Shown one piece after another: positions 11,578-24,700 of a DNA stretch of 64,000 nt. Within the stretch, counting starts at the first letter, position 1. Each line of letters opens with the position of its first letter. The position numbers and the translations under genes are program-made. Below the pieces are notes generated by a model. It did not search any database, was not told where the DNA came from, and saw only the letters and a program-made list of their open reading frames with translations. The stretch comes from Podarcis vaucheri. Lineage: Eukaryota. The stretch lies in the NCBI GenBank assembly GCA_965113315.1, contig OZ220382.1; one strand, written 5' to 3'.

Positions 11578-11946
11578 GGGACGCGGGTGGCGCTGTGGGC
11601 TAAAGCCTCAGCGCCTAGGGCTTGCCGATCGAAAGGTCGGCGGTTCGAATCCCCAAGGCGGGGTGCGCTCCCGCTGCTCGGTCCCAGCGCCTGCCAACCT
11701 AGCAGTTCGAAAGCACCCCCGGGTGCAAGTAGATAAATAGGTACCGCTTACCAGCGGGAAGGTAAACGGCGTTCCGTGTGCTGCGCTGGCTCGCCAGATG
11801 CAGCTTTGTCACGCTGGCCACGTGACCCGGAAGTGTCTCCGGACAGCGCTGGCCCCCGGCCAATAGATGTGAGATGGGTGCACAAACCCCAGAGTCTGCC
11901 AAGACTGGCCCGTTCGGGCAGGGGTACCTTTACCTTTACCTTTACC
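11578..11946 (+). mobile_element. Sauria SINE (Squam1), full length
   Basis: Head GGGACGCGGGTGGCGCTGTGGG with B-box GGTTCGAATCC, tail (ACCTTT)n, and 13-bp TSD tattggttttctg (11564-11576 and 11947-11959). Confidence 0.92.
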
Positions 11947-11977
11947 TATTGGTTTTCTGCAAAGTTATAAGCAGAGC

Positions 11978-11979
<2 letters not shown>

Positions 11980-12016
<37 letters not shown>
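11980..12016. repeat. (CT)n microsatellite (other dinucleotide runs at 12656, 19760, 23493 and 25229)
   Basis: Direct inspection. Confidence 0.95.
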
Positions 12017-12018
<2 letters not shown>

Positions 12019-14847
12019 AACATTTATTTGTATACTACCTAATCAAAAAGAATAAATAGATAAAAGACCTCTAAGCGGTTCACATAAAATAATCTAAAAC
12101 ATCAAACTCTTAGAACAAGTGGACATAATAAAATTATAGATATATAGATCTATAAATATAGATAAAATCAAAATATAGATAAAATCAAAAGCTGAAATAC
12201 ATTGGGCAGCAACCAAAGGAATATAGCCCAGTTCTCTGCTAAAATGAATATCAGACAACTACATTTCAGTTTCACATCTAAACACAGATGTTGGAAAGTG
12301 TATGGTAACTAGGAGATGATATATTAGTTAGATATTATCCCTCCTTACTCAAGTTTGTGAGTACAGCAGAGTACATCCCTTTGCAGCAGAATAGGAAGCT
12401 GTTGATTCAGCTGGTTACAGCCTTTTTGATGAAGCAACCAGAATGCCTTGGTGCAGCTTGGATTCTTCCAGGTATTTCCCCCCTTTTATCCCACTTCAAA
12501 CAATAACACAAAAAAGTCTTTTTATAATAAAATAGTGTTTACTTACAGATCACATTCAGTAGCAATCTGGAGGTACATTTGTGTGTATATAGGATGATGG
12601 AGTCAAAAGCAGTGGTAGAAGATGCGTGATGAAGGCAAACGAGCAAGATGAAGTAAGAGAGGGAGAGAGAGAGAGAGAGAGATACAGGACCAGCCCTTCT
12701 TATAGTTACGCACATCTCACCCAGGAGGAGTGGCTCCTGCAGGTTTGACAGGAAGTTCTCCCTGTTGGATCCACATTCCATTGTGTGTCCATTCTAGCAA
12801 ACAGGACTTTGCTGCTCTTTCTGGATATCCCTCAAAAGAGGAAGCCTGTTGTATCACCTCTGAATCCCAGTTGCTGGGAATTGCACATGGGGAGAGCACT
12901 TTTGCACTTGTGTCCCGCTTGTAGGCTTCCCATTGGGGCATCTAGTGGGCTGCTGTGAGCAGAGAATGCTAGACAAGATAGACCTTTGGCCTGATCCAGC
13001 AGTTAGACTATTCATATTCATATTCTTGTTTATGTTATTTGTGAATGGAAGGGGTCACCATCTTTCTCCCTAAAGGCTAGACGGTCACTGTGGCCACAAT
13101 TCCTTATCAAATATTCCAGGATTCTCAACTCACCATGACATATCTTTCCACTGCAATGTTTTCTTCATAGGATTTCCTGCCAACCGCGAGTGGAGCTAGG
13201 GGAAAAAATTATAGGTTGTAATAGTGGACTGTTTTTTCATTACATTATTAAGATCCAGGGTAAGCATCACAGCACTTTTTAAAAAATGACTCAATTCTTT
13301 GCTTGTTTTTACATTGATGTGTTCCTCCTAAATATATATATATCACACACACACACATCCTATTTCCATCATCCCTGACTAGCTAACTCAGAGATCTTGA
13401 AGCACAGCATCCTGGTAACATAAGGATGCTTGAAGAATGCAGTCTTTGCAAATGCAAAGGAACATAAGAAGAAGCCTTATACTAAGTCAGACCATTGGTC
13501 CACTTAGTTTTGTCTACACTGACTGGCAGTAACTCACAAGGACCTCTCCCAGCCCTTCCTGGAGATGCTGAGGATTGAACCTGTGGCCTTCTGCATGCAC
13601 AGCAGATGCTCTATTCCTGAGCTATGGTCCTTCCCCAATAGCCATTGGTCCTTCTAACTCCATGTAGTCTACAATGACAGGCAGCTCTCCAGGCTTCCAT
13701 ATCTTGGGTGAGAAACTGATAAAACAATAATGTTCTAGACAAAACATGGTGCCCTTTAGATGATGTTGGACTCCAGTTCCCATCGGCCTTAGCCAGCATG
13801 GTCAGTGGTCAGGGGTAGCGAGAGTTAGAATCCAACAATATCTGACGAGCTACCCCTGCTGTGCTGAAATATGTTTGCATTGGAAGACACAGGCAGCCAA
13901 CCACTACTGAGCTCTTCCTGTCTGGTGTATAATCTGGCTCTGTGTGTGTGTAACTTCTCTTGCTGGCTGAGAAAATCTGGATTGCTTTTGCTCACCTGCT
14001 CTCTCTTTTGTCAGGAGGTTCCATGGCTGGAGCAACCTCTCCTCACAGTCCACATCCGCGAATCATGAATAATGAGCTCATTCTAATTGCAAAAAGATGG
14101 GCCTCTGTTGCCTCTGCCAGAACCATTGCTTCCTTAAAGCAAGGATCAGGCCATGGAATTCCACAATATTGCCTCACTACAGACTGGGAGGGGAATATCG
14201 TAGCACATGGGCTTTTAGCGATTCCGTTATACATCAGATACACACAGAGTATCAAAGCAATTTGGGAAAAAAGAAATGACCTACATGTTTATTTATTTAT
14301 AAAAAGAGGCCATTTTAAGTTGTCAGTTCAACAGTCTTTTGGCTGATTTGCAAAACAGGTGCTGATCTTGGAAAGGAAGCGCACATTTTAGAGAACCTGA
14401 CACTATTTTATCAGAAATGCAAATAAACACAAATTGCAGTCTGTTTACAGCAGGACTGGGGCAAGCCTTTCTTCCATTGAGGGCTACATTCCCTTGGGAG
14501 TAATCGGTCAGGCAGATTACATGTTGGAAGTGTGCAAAGTCCAGAGCAAAACAAGCAACACTTTCTCTCTTCAGTCACCCTTCTTTGCTCCTTTTTTCTG
14601 ATAGTGGAGGGACAGATCTCTGTTGCTTGCAGAGGGTTTTCCTCTTTCCCTATTCTTTTCCCATCAGTCTACCTGTTCTGACCCCCCTCTCATCCATCCT
14701 TCCCTCTCTCTTTCTCTGGGCTCTCTCCCTACCCATGTGAACTGCAGGCTGACCACTCCTCCTTTAGCAAAAAAACAAAAATGGCCAGGGCAGATGGGAT
14801 TTGACTCAAGGAGTCAACCTGACATGTTTGCATGGTGATAGTGAATA

Positions 14848-15202
14848 CAGTGGTACCTCGCAAGACGAATGCCTCGCAAGACAGAAAACTCGCAAAACGA
14901 AAGGGTTTTTGGTTTTTTGAGCTGCTTCGCAAGACGATTTTCCCTAGGGGCTTGCTTCACAAGATGGAAACGTCTTGCAAGTTTGTTTCCTTTTTCTTAA
15001 AACTGTTAATACAGTTGCGACTTGACTTCGAGGAGCAACTCATAGCACACGGCGTGGTAGCCTTTTTTGAGGTTTTTGAAGACTCTGGTGATTTTTGAAG
15101 CTTTTCCAAAACTTATCCGACACCGTGCTTCGCAAGACGAAAAAAACCGCAAGACGAAAAAACTCGTGGAATGAATTAATTTCGTCTTGCGAGGCACCAC
15201 TG
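14848..15202. mobile_element. Tc1/mariner-pogo-type MITE
   Basis: TIR CAGTGGTACCTCGCAAGACGAA / TTCGTCTTGCGAGGCACCACTG, TA TSD, and multiple internal CGCAAGACG motifs. Confidence 0.9.
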
Positions 15203-16444
15203 TACTTGGTAGTGAATACCTGGCAGAACCCAAAGTAAATTTATGGATGTAAGGCTTGGAGAATATGGTCATAGGTTCAGCAGTAGCTGGCAAGTGGGTG
15301 CTCACCTGACCTCCTGTCACAGGCATCAGTGTGACTTACTGGTAGGAGGAGGATCAAGGCAGCAACAAGGGTCTGGTGCAAAGGCACCATTGGGAACACC
15401 AGGTCACCTCCACCGGGACACTTGCCGTGCGTCAGCCTCACCCCTCCTTCCTCTTCCCAGAATGCTGCAGCAATACTGGTGATGGGAGCTCAGGCGATCA
15501 CCCCCTTTTCTGCTGATTGCTACTTGCATAGCCATCTGGTTGGCTGGTGTGAGAACAGAGTGCTGGGCAAGGCCCTTTGGTCTGATCCAGCAGGGCTCTT
15601 CTGTTGTCCTGATACACAATAGCTAGGATCTAAAATAAATCATACTACAATATTTATTCTCACATGGATCCCTACAGGGGTGCCCAAACTTCTTTCAAAG
15701 AGGGCCAGATTTCATGAAGTGAGCATGCGTAAGGGCTGGCCAAAGTTGTTGACCTTTTTTTAGGAAGGATTGAGCTTTTGAGGGGATTTTGCTCCAGGAA
15801 ATAAACTGCCACAGGGCCCCAGATTAGGCCCCCGAAACAGACTTTGGACATGCCTGTGGCCTACTAAATCTACTGACAATCAATGTCGTTCAGGATCCCC
15901 CCCCCCCCCCAAATATAGGAAAAAGAGGAAGAGAGAAAATTATCCAACAATTTTATGAATTTCATGGTGCAGAAATGTTCTGGGTCTTGCTTACCCTTAG
16001 AAATGCGTAATTTGTGAGCTATTATCTCTGCAATAGGCAGAGTCCACGTATTCTTATACCACAGCGAGATGTTTAAATCCTGGAAATTCCACCTAATTCC
16101 AGCATCCACCTAAGAAGTTCCTTAGTTTGGAAACGTGCTGTTTCATTATCTCATAAGTTTAGAAGGTCAGGTTGTGGGAAGCCTTGGGTGGGGCATTTAT
16201 TTATTTGTTTGCTTGCTTGCTTTTGGTACTGTATTTCTTTAAAAAAAAATCCATCCAAAGTTTTGATGCCAGAGGGCATTCCCAACATAAGTTGAAGAAT
16301 ATTCTCCTATTGTCGCAACTATGCCAACAATTCTACGGTGCATTTGATGTCCTGTCAGAAAGCTGCACAAGAGTACAATGCCACCCATGCAGAATTTTAA
16401 AATGACATTCCCTTAATGTAAGCTGAGGTAGATTTATAGAACTT

Positions 16445-16785
16445 AGAAGATGATGATTTATTAAATTTGTATACTGCCCTGTACCCACAGGTCTCAGGGC
16501 AGTTCACAGGATAAAATCACAATATAAAACCACAAAATACATAATCAAAATAAAAACAAAAACAACCCAATACACCCCCCTCCCTGCCAAAACATTTTAA
16601 AAGGGCATTGGATGACAATCAACCAAAGTCCTGGTTAAAGAGAATTGTTCTTGCCTGGCACCTAAAGCTGTGTAATAAAGGCGCTGTGCAAGCCTTCCCC
16701 AGAAGAGCATTCCACAGATGGGGAGCCACTGCAGAGAAGGCCCTTTCTCATGTTGCCACCCTCCAGACCTCTCGTGGAGAAGACA
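16445..16785 (-). mobile_element. Degraded L2 3' fragment
   Basis: Reverse complement resembles the L2 end at 40.4-40.8 kb (agggccttctctgcagtggctccc...tggaatgct; aataaatcatcatc tail). Confidence 0.6.
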
Positions 16786-16872
16786 CACAAATATATTGCA
16801 GTCCACTTAAGAGTCATTTCTTTTCAATTGTAGGTTCCTTCTCCCAGGTAAGCTTAAGACCTTCTAATGTTT

Positions 16873-17253
16873 AAAAAAGGTAAAGGACCCCTGGATGGTT
16901 AAGTCCAGTCAAATTCGACTATGTGGTATGGCACTCATCTCCACTTTCAGGCCGAGGGAGCCAGCGTTTGTCCACAGACAGCTTTCCGGGTCGTGTGGCC
17001 AGCATGACTAAATCACTTCAGGTGCAACAGAACACTGTGATGAGTGGCAGAGCACACGGAAACACCATTTACCTTCCTGACACAGCAGTACCTATTTATC
17101 TACTTGTGCTGGTATGCTTTAGAAGTGGTAGGTTGGCAGAAGGTGGGACAGAGCAATGGGAGCTCACCCTGTTGCACGGATTCGAACTGCCGACCTTCTG
17201 ATCAGCAAGCCCAAGAGGCACAGTGGTTTAGACCACAGAGCTACCCATGTCCA
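16873..17253 (-). mobile_element. Sauria SINE, diverged copy
   Basis: Reverse-complement similarity to the 11578 copy, an aggtaaagg tail, and residual TSD cttctaa. Confidence 0.85.
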
Positions 17254-17599
17254 CTTCTAACGGTCACATAGATTTATCAAGAAGTTCCATATAAATAACA
17301 GATACCAGTCCTCTGTCCCAATGGCCCAGGTATAATAACAAATCCTCTAGATTTAGTAAGGGATCTAGTAACTTGTGCCTTAAGGGCAGGATCAGCCAAT
17401 AAACATCAAAACATATCTGCCCTGGATCTCCTACAGCTAGCCTGACTTGCTCACTAAAAATTTGAACATTATTGGTACTAAAATCACATAACAAGTTCTT
17501 TTTCTCCCAGGATAAAATGATTCTCCTCAGGTTCATATCCCTAACCTGTGGGAGGCAGCTTAATGGCAGCAGTGATGAATATCTCAAATGCCAGGCCCT

Positions 17600-17945
17600 C
17601 CCCTGTAGAACCTATCAGATGTTTAGGGTGGAGGGCACTCTTCATAGTTCTGCCACCCCCCAGAAGCTCGGAGTGGTGATGATGGCTCAGGAGAGGTCCT
17701 TCTCTGCAGCAGCCCCTAAACTGTTGTTCTCCCTCCACACAAAAGTGCATTTGGCAACCTTATTGTACAGCTTCCTTCAAATTATGAAGACACATCTTTT
17801 TACTCTACTCTTTTGTCACGTGAGATGTATATTTTCAGGAACCACCCTTTATGTGATTGCAAGTTTTTTTTTTAAAAAAAAACCTGTTTTTAATGTGTTT
17901 TAGATTGTAACCCACCTAGAGATTGTGGGGTAAAGTGATGATGAA
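17600..17945 (+). mobile_element. Degraded L2 3' fragment
   Basis: Residual peptide ERSFSAAAPKLLFSL...MKTHLF followed by an L2-like 3' end. Confidence 0.5.
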
Positions 17946-19224
17946 GAGGAGGACTAGGTCATGATAATAACAGTGGCTTATGTGTTGCTGGTGACATGCT
18001 CAAAAATCCATGGCATTTGAGCTTTTGTCAAATGGGAAGGAAAGCACAGTTCATTCTAAGGGCACATCCGTTACCTTGGCTTTTGACAGTTGCAGTATTT
18101 TGTTTTGTGGGACCCGCCTCTTCATTTGAATTCATACTGTCCTGTTCCATTTGGAACAGTTCTCCTTGTTTTATAATTATAAAGGGCTTTGCTTGTTTTC
18201 ATATCTGTATATTATTCCCTGCCTGGGACCTTATGATGAAGGGTGGGTACAAAATCTTGTACATGGACAAATATGTAGGTGGTCCCAGGCCTAATGAGAT
18301 CTGACTCTGTTTAAGGCAGCTTCCTACATTCCTGTGCCCAAAGTTTCCAAGAGCCCTGGCAAATTGTGATTTTATGCCAGCCTAGGATGGCCACAGCAGT
18401 GAAGGGCTATCACCTTCCAGGCCTACTTATAGGTTTCATGAAGGCATCTGATTAGCTACCACTGGAAACAGATTGTGGCTTAGATTGGTTTTAGTGTGCA
18501 GCAGGGCTTGGGGGATCTCACCTTCCTCTGCCTCCTCTGTTGGCGATGAAGCTTCCAGTGCCTATCATGTTACTAGACCTTCAGTGTTCCCTCCCTTCTC
18601 TCAGCATAATGTTTTCCTCTGTGGTAGGACTTCTGGAATCTTTCCTGTAGAGGATTGAGACACTATGTCAGGAAGGAAAATCCACATGGATTTCAACAGG
18701 AAAACTCCTCAAGGAGGAGCTGACCTGAATCGAGTACCCTCCTGGTTCCATGAAGAAGAAGGAGAAAAATCCTCCCTTCTGCGGAGGAACATTGGAACAT
18801 CCTCGCTGCTGCTGAAACTGCACTGATGCTTCCTAGTCAGTGATTTCCCCAGTAGCTACTTTTGAAGGATCTCCACAGCTTTGAAAGCAGAGCACTACAA
18901 TGGAAGATCTGTCTGGTGCCAGACGGTGGGGACCCAGTTATCAGTGTTGAGATCCTTCCAGCCCCTGGTGAAAAAGTCTGCCAGGTTGGGGGGGGGGACC
19001 AGAGGTGACCCAGCCCCCGTCATTCTGCATAATTTGGGTGCAAAGAGAGAGTGGCATGTTGTGAAGAGGCAGGGAGGGACATGCATGAAGAAGGGAAGCG
19101 TTGCCTAGCAATGGGAGGACACACATATGTATGTGTGGCATGTGCATTCCCAGAAGCACCCATAACAAATGTGTCAGCAGAGAGGACAGATGGGAGGGTC
19201 TCCTTACATGACCTGTACCATGGT

Positions 19225-19280
19225 GAAGAAGAAGGAGGAGGAGGAGGAGGAGGAGGAGGAGGAGGAGGAGGAGGAGAAGA
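19225..19280. repeat. (GGA)n microsatellite
   Basis: Direct inspection. Confidence 0.95.
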
Positions 19281-20952
19281 AATTGCCATAGCAGGAGGAA
19301 GCCAATGTGTCAGCAGGGAGGGAACACACATTTATGCTTGCTAAAAACATTTGAACAGGTTGTGGCATCGTTCAGGAAGGGAAGGGAATTAGGTCATTAA
19401 CTCTGGCTCAATAAATGGAAAAGACTCTTGGGAATTCATCCCAGGCACCAAAGTCTCTCCACCCCCACCCCAACCCCAGTTTTGCCCTGCTCTTTACTTT
19501 ATGTAAATTCCTGATGCAATCCACTGAAATCAACTTCCTTTCACCAAAGCAACACCCAGCTGCTGCTCCAGTTCCTGCCTTCGCTTCTTCGGTTAAAGAG
19601 ACAGGAAGCTGCTCTTGCATGATAGCCTTCTTCCATTCCTTGCAAGCTCCTCACCCACCTTCATTTGGCAAAATGTGACCTCCTACCCCAAATCCAGAAC
19701 TCTGCTCACCTGGGAAAGCTGGGCAGGGTCTTGCTCTACCTGATGCAAGCTTTATAATACGAGAGAGAGAGAGAGAGAGAGAGAGGTTCACTTTCGAACA
19801 TTGCAAAACGAAGCCTGGGTCTGATCTGGATGGGATCTTAACTGTTAGGAAGGGCAAGTGTGATCAGGGTGGGTGGGTTATTGCTAAACCAGTCTACATT
19901 GTAAATGCTGGCAGATTGTTGCTATTAGCATAGGGGTGTGGAATCTCAGGCCCAGGAGCAAAATGCAGCCTCTTATGCATGTATATCCAGCCGTTGGAAC
20001 TCCCCCCTCCCCATAAGCCACACCCCTTTATTGGCCCAGGCACCTCTGTCCAGCCTTTGGGTCATTCCCAGGTCACACTGGCCCAGCTCCTCACCTTAAG
20101 TGCTTAAATGTGCCCCTAAACTGAGACAAGGCCTCTTTGGTCACCTGGGTGGAGGGTGGAGGAGGCAGGTGGCATATATAGAAGCCTCTTAACTTTGTAT
20201 AGCAGGGACATAGCATTACAAAAGGCAAGCATCTTCTCAGTTCTGCACCCACTTTTGCTTCTGATCCCACCCACCTCCAGCTATGGACTGCAGAAAAGGT
20301 CCCATTCTTGTCCCTGACCCAAATTCATTAGTTTCTGATTTAATGGTCTTCTAAAGGCTAAGCCATGTGGCTCATTTATTGATAGGTCAGTGGCTCAGTT
20401 TAACACCATCTCCAGATGGCAGATTTTTGCTGGAGAGATTCAAGTCCATTCTGGATATTGAAGGCTTGCACAGTTAAAGCACATCCTTCTGTCACCCTAG
20501 TGCAACAGATCTACTAGATATTCATAAAAATGACTTCTCGTGGTTAGGAATGTGATGGGAAATGTACTGGAAGAGACTTGGGGGCAATCTGATGGTTAAA
20601 GGGAAGGCATATAAACCCCAAAAGCAAATCAGAATGAATGTTCATTGCCATATAAGCCTTCCTACAAACATATCAGAACAAATCATTGATACAGAGAGTG
20701 CCAAACCTCTGCAGAACCTTGGTACAAACCAAATCAGGATGAATGGTCTAGGTTGCCTAGAGCTGCCCCAAGTCTTTAAGGCCCATTTGAAAGAGGAAGC
20801 CAAGTGTATATCCATGGGGGGGGGCTTTCCACAAAGATGGTGTCAACACCAAAAAGGCCCTGCCCTGTTGTGCTTTTAGAAATCCTTTTAAGCAGCTTTG
20901 CAAATAAGAGTGAGGCACTGATGCCCTATGTTTCTTGGTTTCCTTTGTGCAG

Positions 20953-21060
20953 GTTATCCCCTTCCCAATGTCCTGCGACATGCAGGGGGATTGTGCTTGT
21001 CGGGACCCCAGCGCCCAAGAGCACAGCCGACGGGAGCTTCGCGCCTTCAGCTTTGGATAA
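20953..21060 (+). CDS. PAPPA: Pappalysin-1 last coding exon (C-terminus and stop)
   Basis: ttcctttgtgcAG acceptor. Translates VIPFPMSCDMQGDCACRDPSAQEHSRRELRAFSFG* with TAA at 21058-21060, matching the PAPPA C-terminus. It is not in the ORF track. Confidence 0.96.
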   Translation, partial: VIPFPMSCDMQGDCACRDPSAQEHSRRELRAFSFG

Positions 21061-21729
21061 TACCAAGATGGCAGAAGAGAAACCACCTCCAAAGGCTAGG
21101 AGAGAGGCATCGTCACTTACCCCATTTTTGTTGGTATTGTGTGTATTTTTTTCCTCATTTGTTTAAAACAAAACAATTTCAGCTGCTCAACTCAATGGTG
21201 TTTCTGCACCAGGGACCTGTAGAACTCAACCAGTCTGCCTTTAATTTCTTTGCCCAAGGAGAACTGAAATTTGGGGTGGGGGTGGAGGGTGGAGGGAGAG
21301 GCAGGCTCTTGTATTAGACATATCTTACCTAGCAAGAAGAAGCAAAACAGGAAATGGCAAATAGTTGAGTCAAAGAGGACTTTTTTAAAACAACAACAAA
21401 AATGTGCCAGGAGACGAAGGAGGAGGCATCATGTCTGATGCAATTGTGCATCCACCTCGTTTGAACAATGTGTGGTTTGGTTTGTGGGTTTGTATGTCTT
21501 TTGGTTTAAGTCCCTCCTCCTCTTTTGTATGCAGATTAAGGCAAAAAAAAATACCAAGCCATATATAAATATGTACCTAATATTTATAGAGAAGTTGGCG
21601 GGGGCGGGGTGGAGAGAGGGAGAGAGGGAGAGGAGCATGCCATGGCAACAGAAGAAGGAGTGCATTGCCTTGGCTGCCTTCAGTGTTGTACACTCAGACT
21701 CCCTTCATGTTCAATGAGGGTGTGAGAAA

Positions 21730-21777
21730 AAGGAAGGAAGGAAGGAAGGAAGGAAGGAAGGAAGGAAGGAAGGAAGG
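21730..21777. repeat. (GGAA)n microsatellite in the PAPPA 3' UTR
   Basis: About 11 units by direct inspection. Confidence 0.95.
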
Positions 21778-24700
21778 CCAGTAAGCCATTTGGTTTGTTG
21801 TGGTTGGGTTGGAAAGAAGAAGAAGAGGAGGGGGGGGGAGAAAAAGAAGAATTGCTTGCCAGCTTTGCAGACAAGGAGAGGGGGCTTCCTGAGATGCTTA
21901 AGCCTGTGCTTGAGGGAGAGGATGCATTTCTGTGGCAAAGAGCTGAAGGTCAAGGGGGGGTGGCTTCAGCTGCTAAGCTGGGGGTGAAGGATGGAAGTCC
22001 CTCTGCACCACCAATGGGGAACGGAGAAGAAAAGGAAGCAGAAGAAGGTCAACCAAACCTCCATCCTGCTGCTGCTGTTACTCTTGCTGCTGCTATATCC
22101 CGTAAAACTGATTCCCTTACTGTGTCAGGAACAGGGTGCTGCTTAACCTCCAAGCAACCAAACAGTCTGCCTTAAACCGCTTTACCGGTTGCCTGCCTTC
22201 CAAACCACCTCGGGGTTCCTCCCCACCTTCCTTTCCTCAAGCACGACAAAGAAAAACAAGACACCAATCAGCCCCCCCAAACATATCCAACTAAGTTCTC
22301 TTCAGAGTAGACCCCCTTGAATTTGATGGCCCTAGCCCACTTAGGTTTGCTCATTTCAGTGGGTTGGATGCGACCAATAACCCTCAAGGCCCAAAATGAA
22401 ATTTCAGCAGCAAACAAAGCCTCGTGAGGGCATGTGGCTTTTCCATCACCTGATCAGCCTTTCTCCTCCAAATATAAAATCCCTGAGACAATGACCCAAC
22501 CTGTGACTGAGGAGAGAGAGGGGGGCCTTTCCCAAAGTGATAGAAGCTACCTGGTGCAAGACCCTTGAGCTGTGTGGAACAACCCTTATCAGTATTAACC
22601 TCTCGGGCAGGACCCCACAATGCTCCTGCCATTGCCTGTCTAACCTCTTCCACACCATCATATCTGGAGTCAGCTCTTGGTAGCTACCAGCTTTCCCCCA
22701 TCCTCTCTGTCTCTCAATCATTGGACTCCATGTGCAATTTTGCTGCTAGAACTCTAAATTCTGCACACAGGGGCCTGGGCTTGTACAACTTCAGGGTCTC
22801 CTATCCCTGCAGGGAATCTGAAGAACTGACTACAATTCCCTCTGGTGTCTGCCAAAAGAAGAAGAAGCCAAGTGTTAGATGGGCCGGTGATGGAACAGGC
22901 ACACAATTTGACTTGTTGCCAGGATTGTTTGCTTGCCATTTTGAAAAAGCAGTAGCCCCATCTTGACATAACTGGATGCCATTATGGGGAAGAAAAACCA
23001 CAGCACTGGCCACTCATGTGATTCGGCAAACTAGGTTCCCCACATCTATCCTTTGTATTTCAATTCTAGCAAATTGTGGGGGGGGGGCTATTTGCAGCCA
23101 ATGGAAATATTTCAAGTTTAAAAGAACCCTGGTCTTTGCAAATGTTAACTGTTGCTAACTGATTCTCAAATTGGACATGCCTGTGCATCAGACATAAACA
23201 TAAACTGGTTTAATAGTCCTTCTCTCACTCCTAGGAATTCTGGGAACCTTTAACAAAGAGTTCTCAAAAAACACCCAGAACCCAACTGACTTTCCCAGTA
23301 TTCTTCAGGGAAAGGCATGGCAAGGCCAAATTAAATGGCATGTGGAGGGAATGTATGTGCAGGTCTGCAGCTCTACCTCTTTCTAAGCAGCTGTGGGGGG
23401 CCTCTGAATTGAATCCTGCTGGTGGCACTTGGGAAAGAAAGGGTTAACCTTTTCCTGCTGCCATGCCATTTACTCAAAACAAATCACCCCCAACACACAC
23501 ACACACACACACACACACTCAAACTATGGTTTGGAGACATTATTCTCCACCACCATGCAAAATATCATTCTATAGTCCCAAATCCATCCAGATATAAGTG
23601 AATTTAAGATGGGAATCTTTTCCCATCTGAGAACATCTTTTTAAAAACAAATTCCAGCTGAAATACACAAGGGAGTATGCTTGGGGATGGGCATGGGGTG
23701 TGACTTTAAAAAGGCAAGTGAATTTGATTTGTCAGAAACATTCTTACCCAATAATTTCCTACAGAACTTCCTTGTGGCTGTCTCGGCCCCAGTTGCTTTA
23801 AAAAGCACCAACTCTGTTCATGAATAAGAATTGGGAGGGGGGAGGATTCAGTTTGGTTTGTATTTCAGTGGAAACCTATGTAATTCACACTTCCCCAAAA
23901 CAATCCACAGGCTAAAATGCTGCTGTCCTTCGGATTTCACACTTCTTTAGAATTTGCAATGCCAAATAATACATGAAAAAATGCAAATATTCAGAAAAAG
24001 TGTGCAGTAAAAACACCACATTGGTAAAAGCAACATAGAAAAAAGCATTATACTTTTGTGAGCTGCTTAAATGCTGTCCTGGTATTAAGCAGGATATAAA
24101 TATACAAAATAATAATAACATGAATGATAAATTATTATGACTATGGAAAATGGCTCGCAAGAATATGCATATTAGATAAAATTGCATACAAAGTAGGTTT
24201 ATTAGGTTAATTTCATTCTAAAATGCCGCCAAATTTTCATAAGGACATAAAAAATTGCACACGGATGCAGAAATGAACTTAAGTTCAGAAACTGAAATTA
24301 AGATTGGGGGGAAAATGAGAAAATGAAATTGGACAGAATTGTCTATCCCTGTTAGTTTGCATCCTATTCCATGTTAACCAGCTCCTGAAATAATTGGGAA
24401 ACTGCTTTTATTCTCCTAACTCCACCCATTCCATACTGTTGCTGTGTTCAGGTGGGAGTCATTCACGTGTCCACGAATTAGGGGTTGCATCAGTTGAAAT
24501 GGATGTGGTGCTCTTGTACTACAAGCCTGCGTCCTCTTCACAGCACTCCAATCAGCCAAAAGAAAGAAAAAGAGCTAGCCTTTTTGCAATGAGGAAAGTG
24601 GTGGGGAAATGCACTGGAAACTGTGGAGTAACATTCATTTGACACAAGGTTGCAGGGGCAAAACCAGACTTTATTTCATCTGGGTCAAAGACCCAGCTTG

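Noticed and set aside
21795-22175. Acidic 126-aa ORF in the PAPPA 3' UTR
   Set aside because: Non-ATG start, purine-rich low-complexity sequence, and no homology I can recognise.
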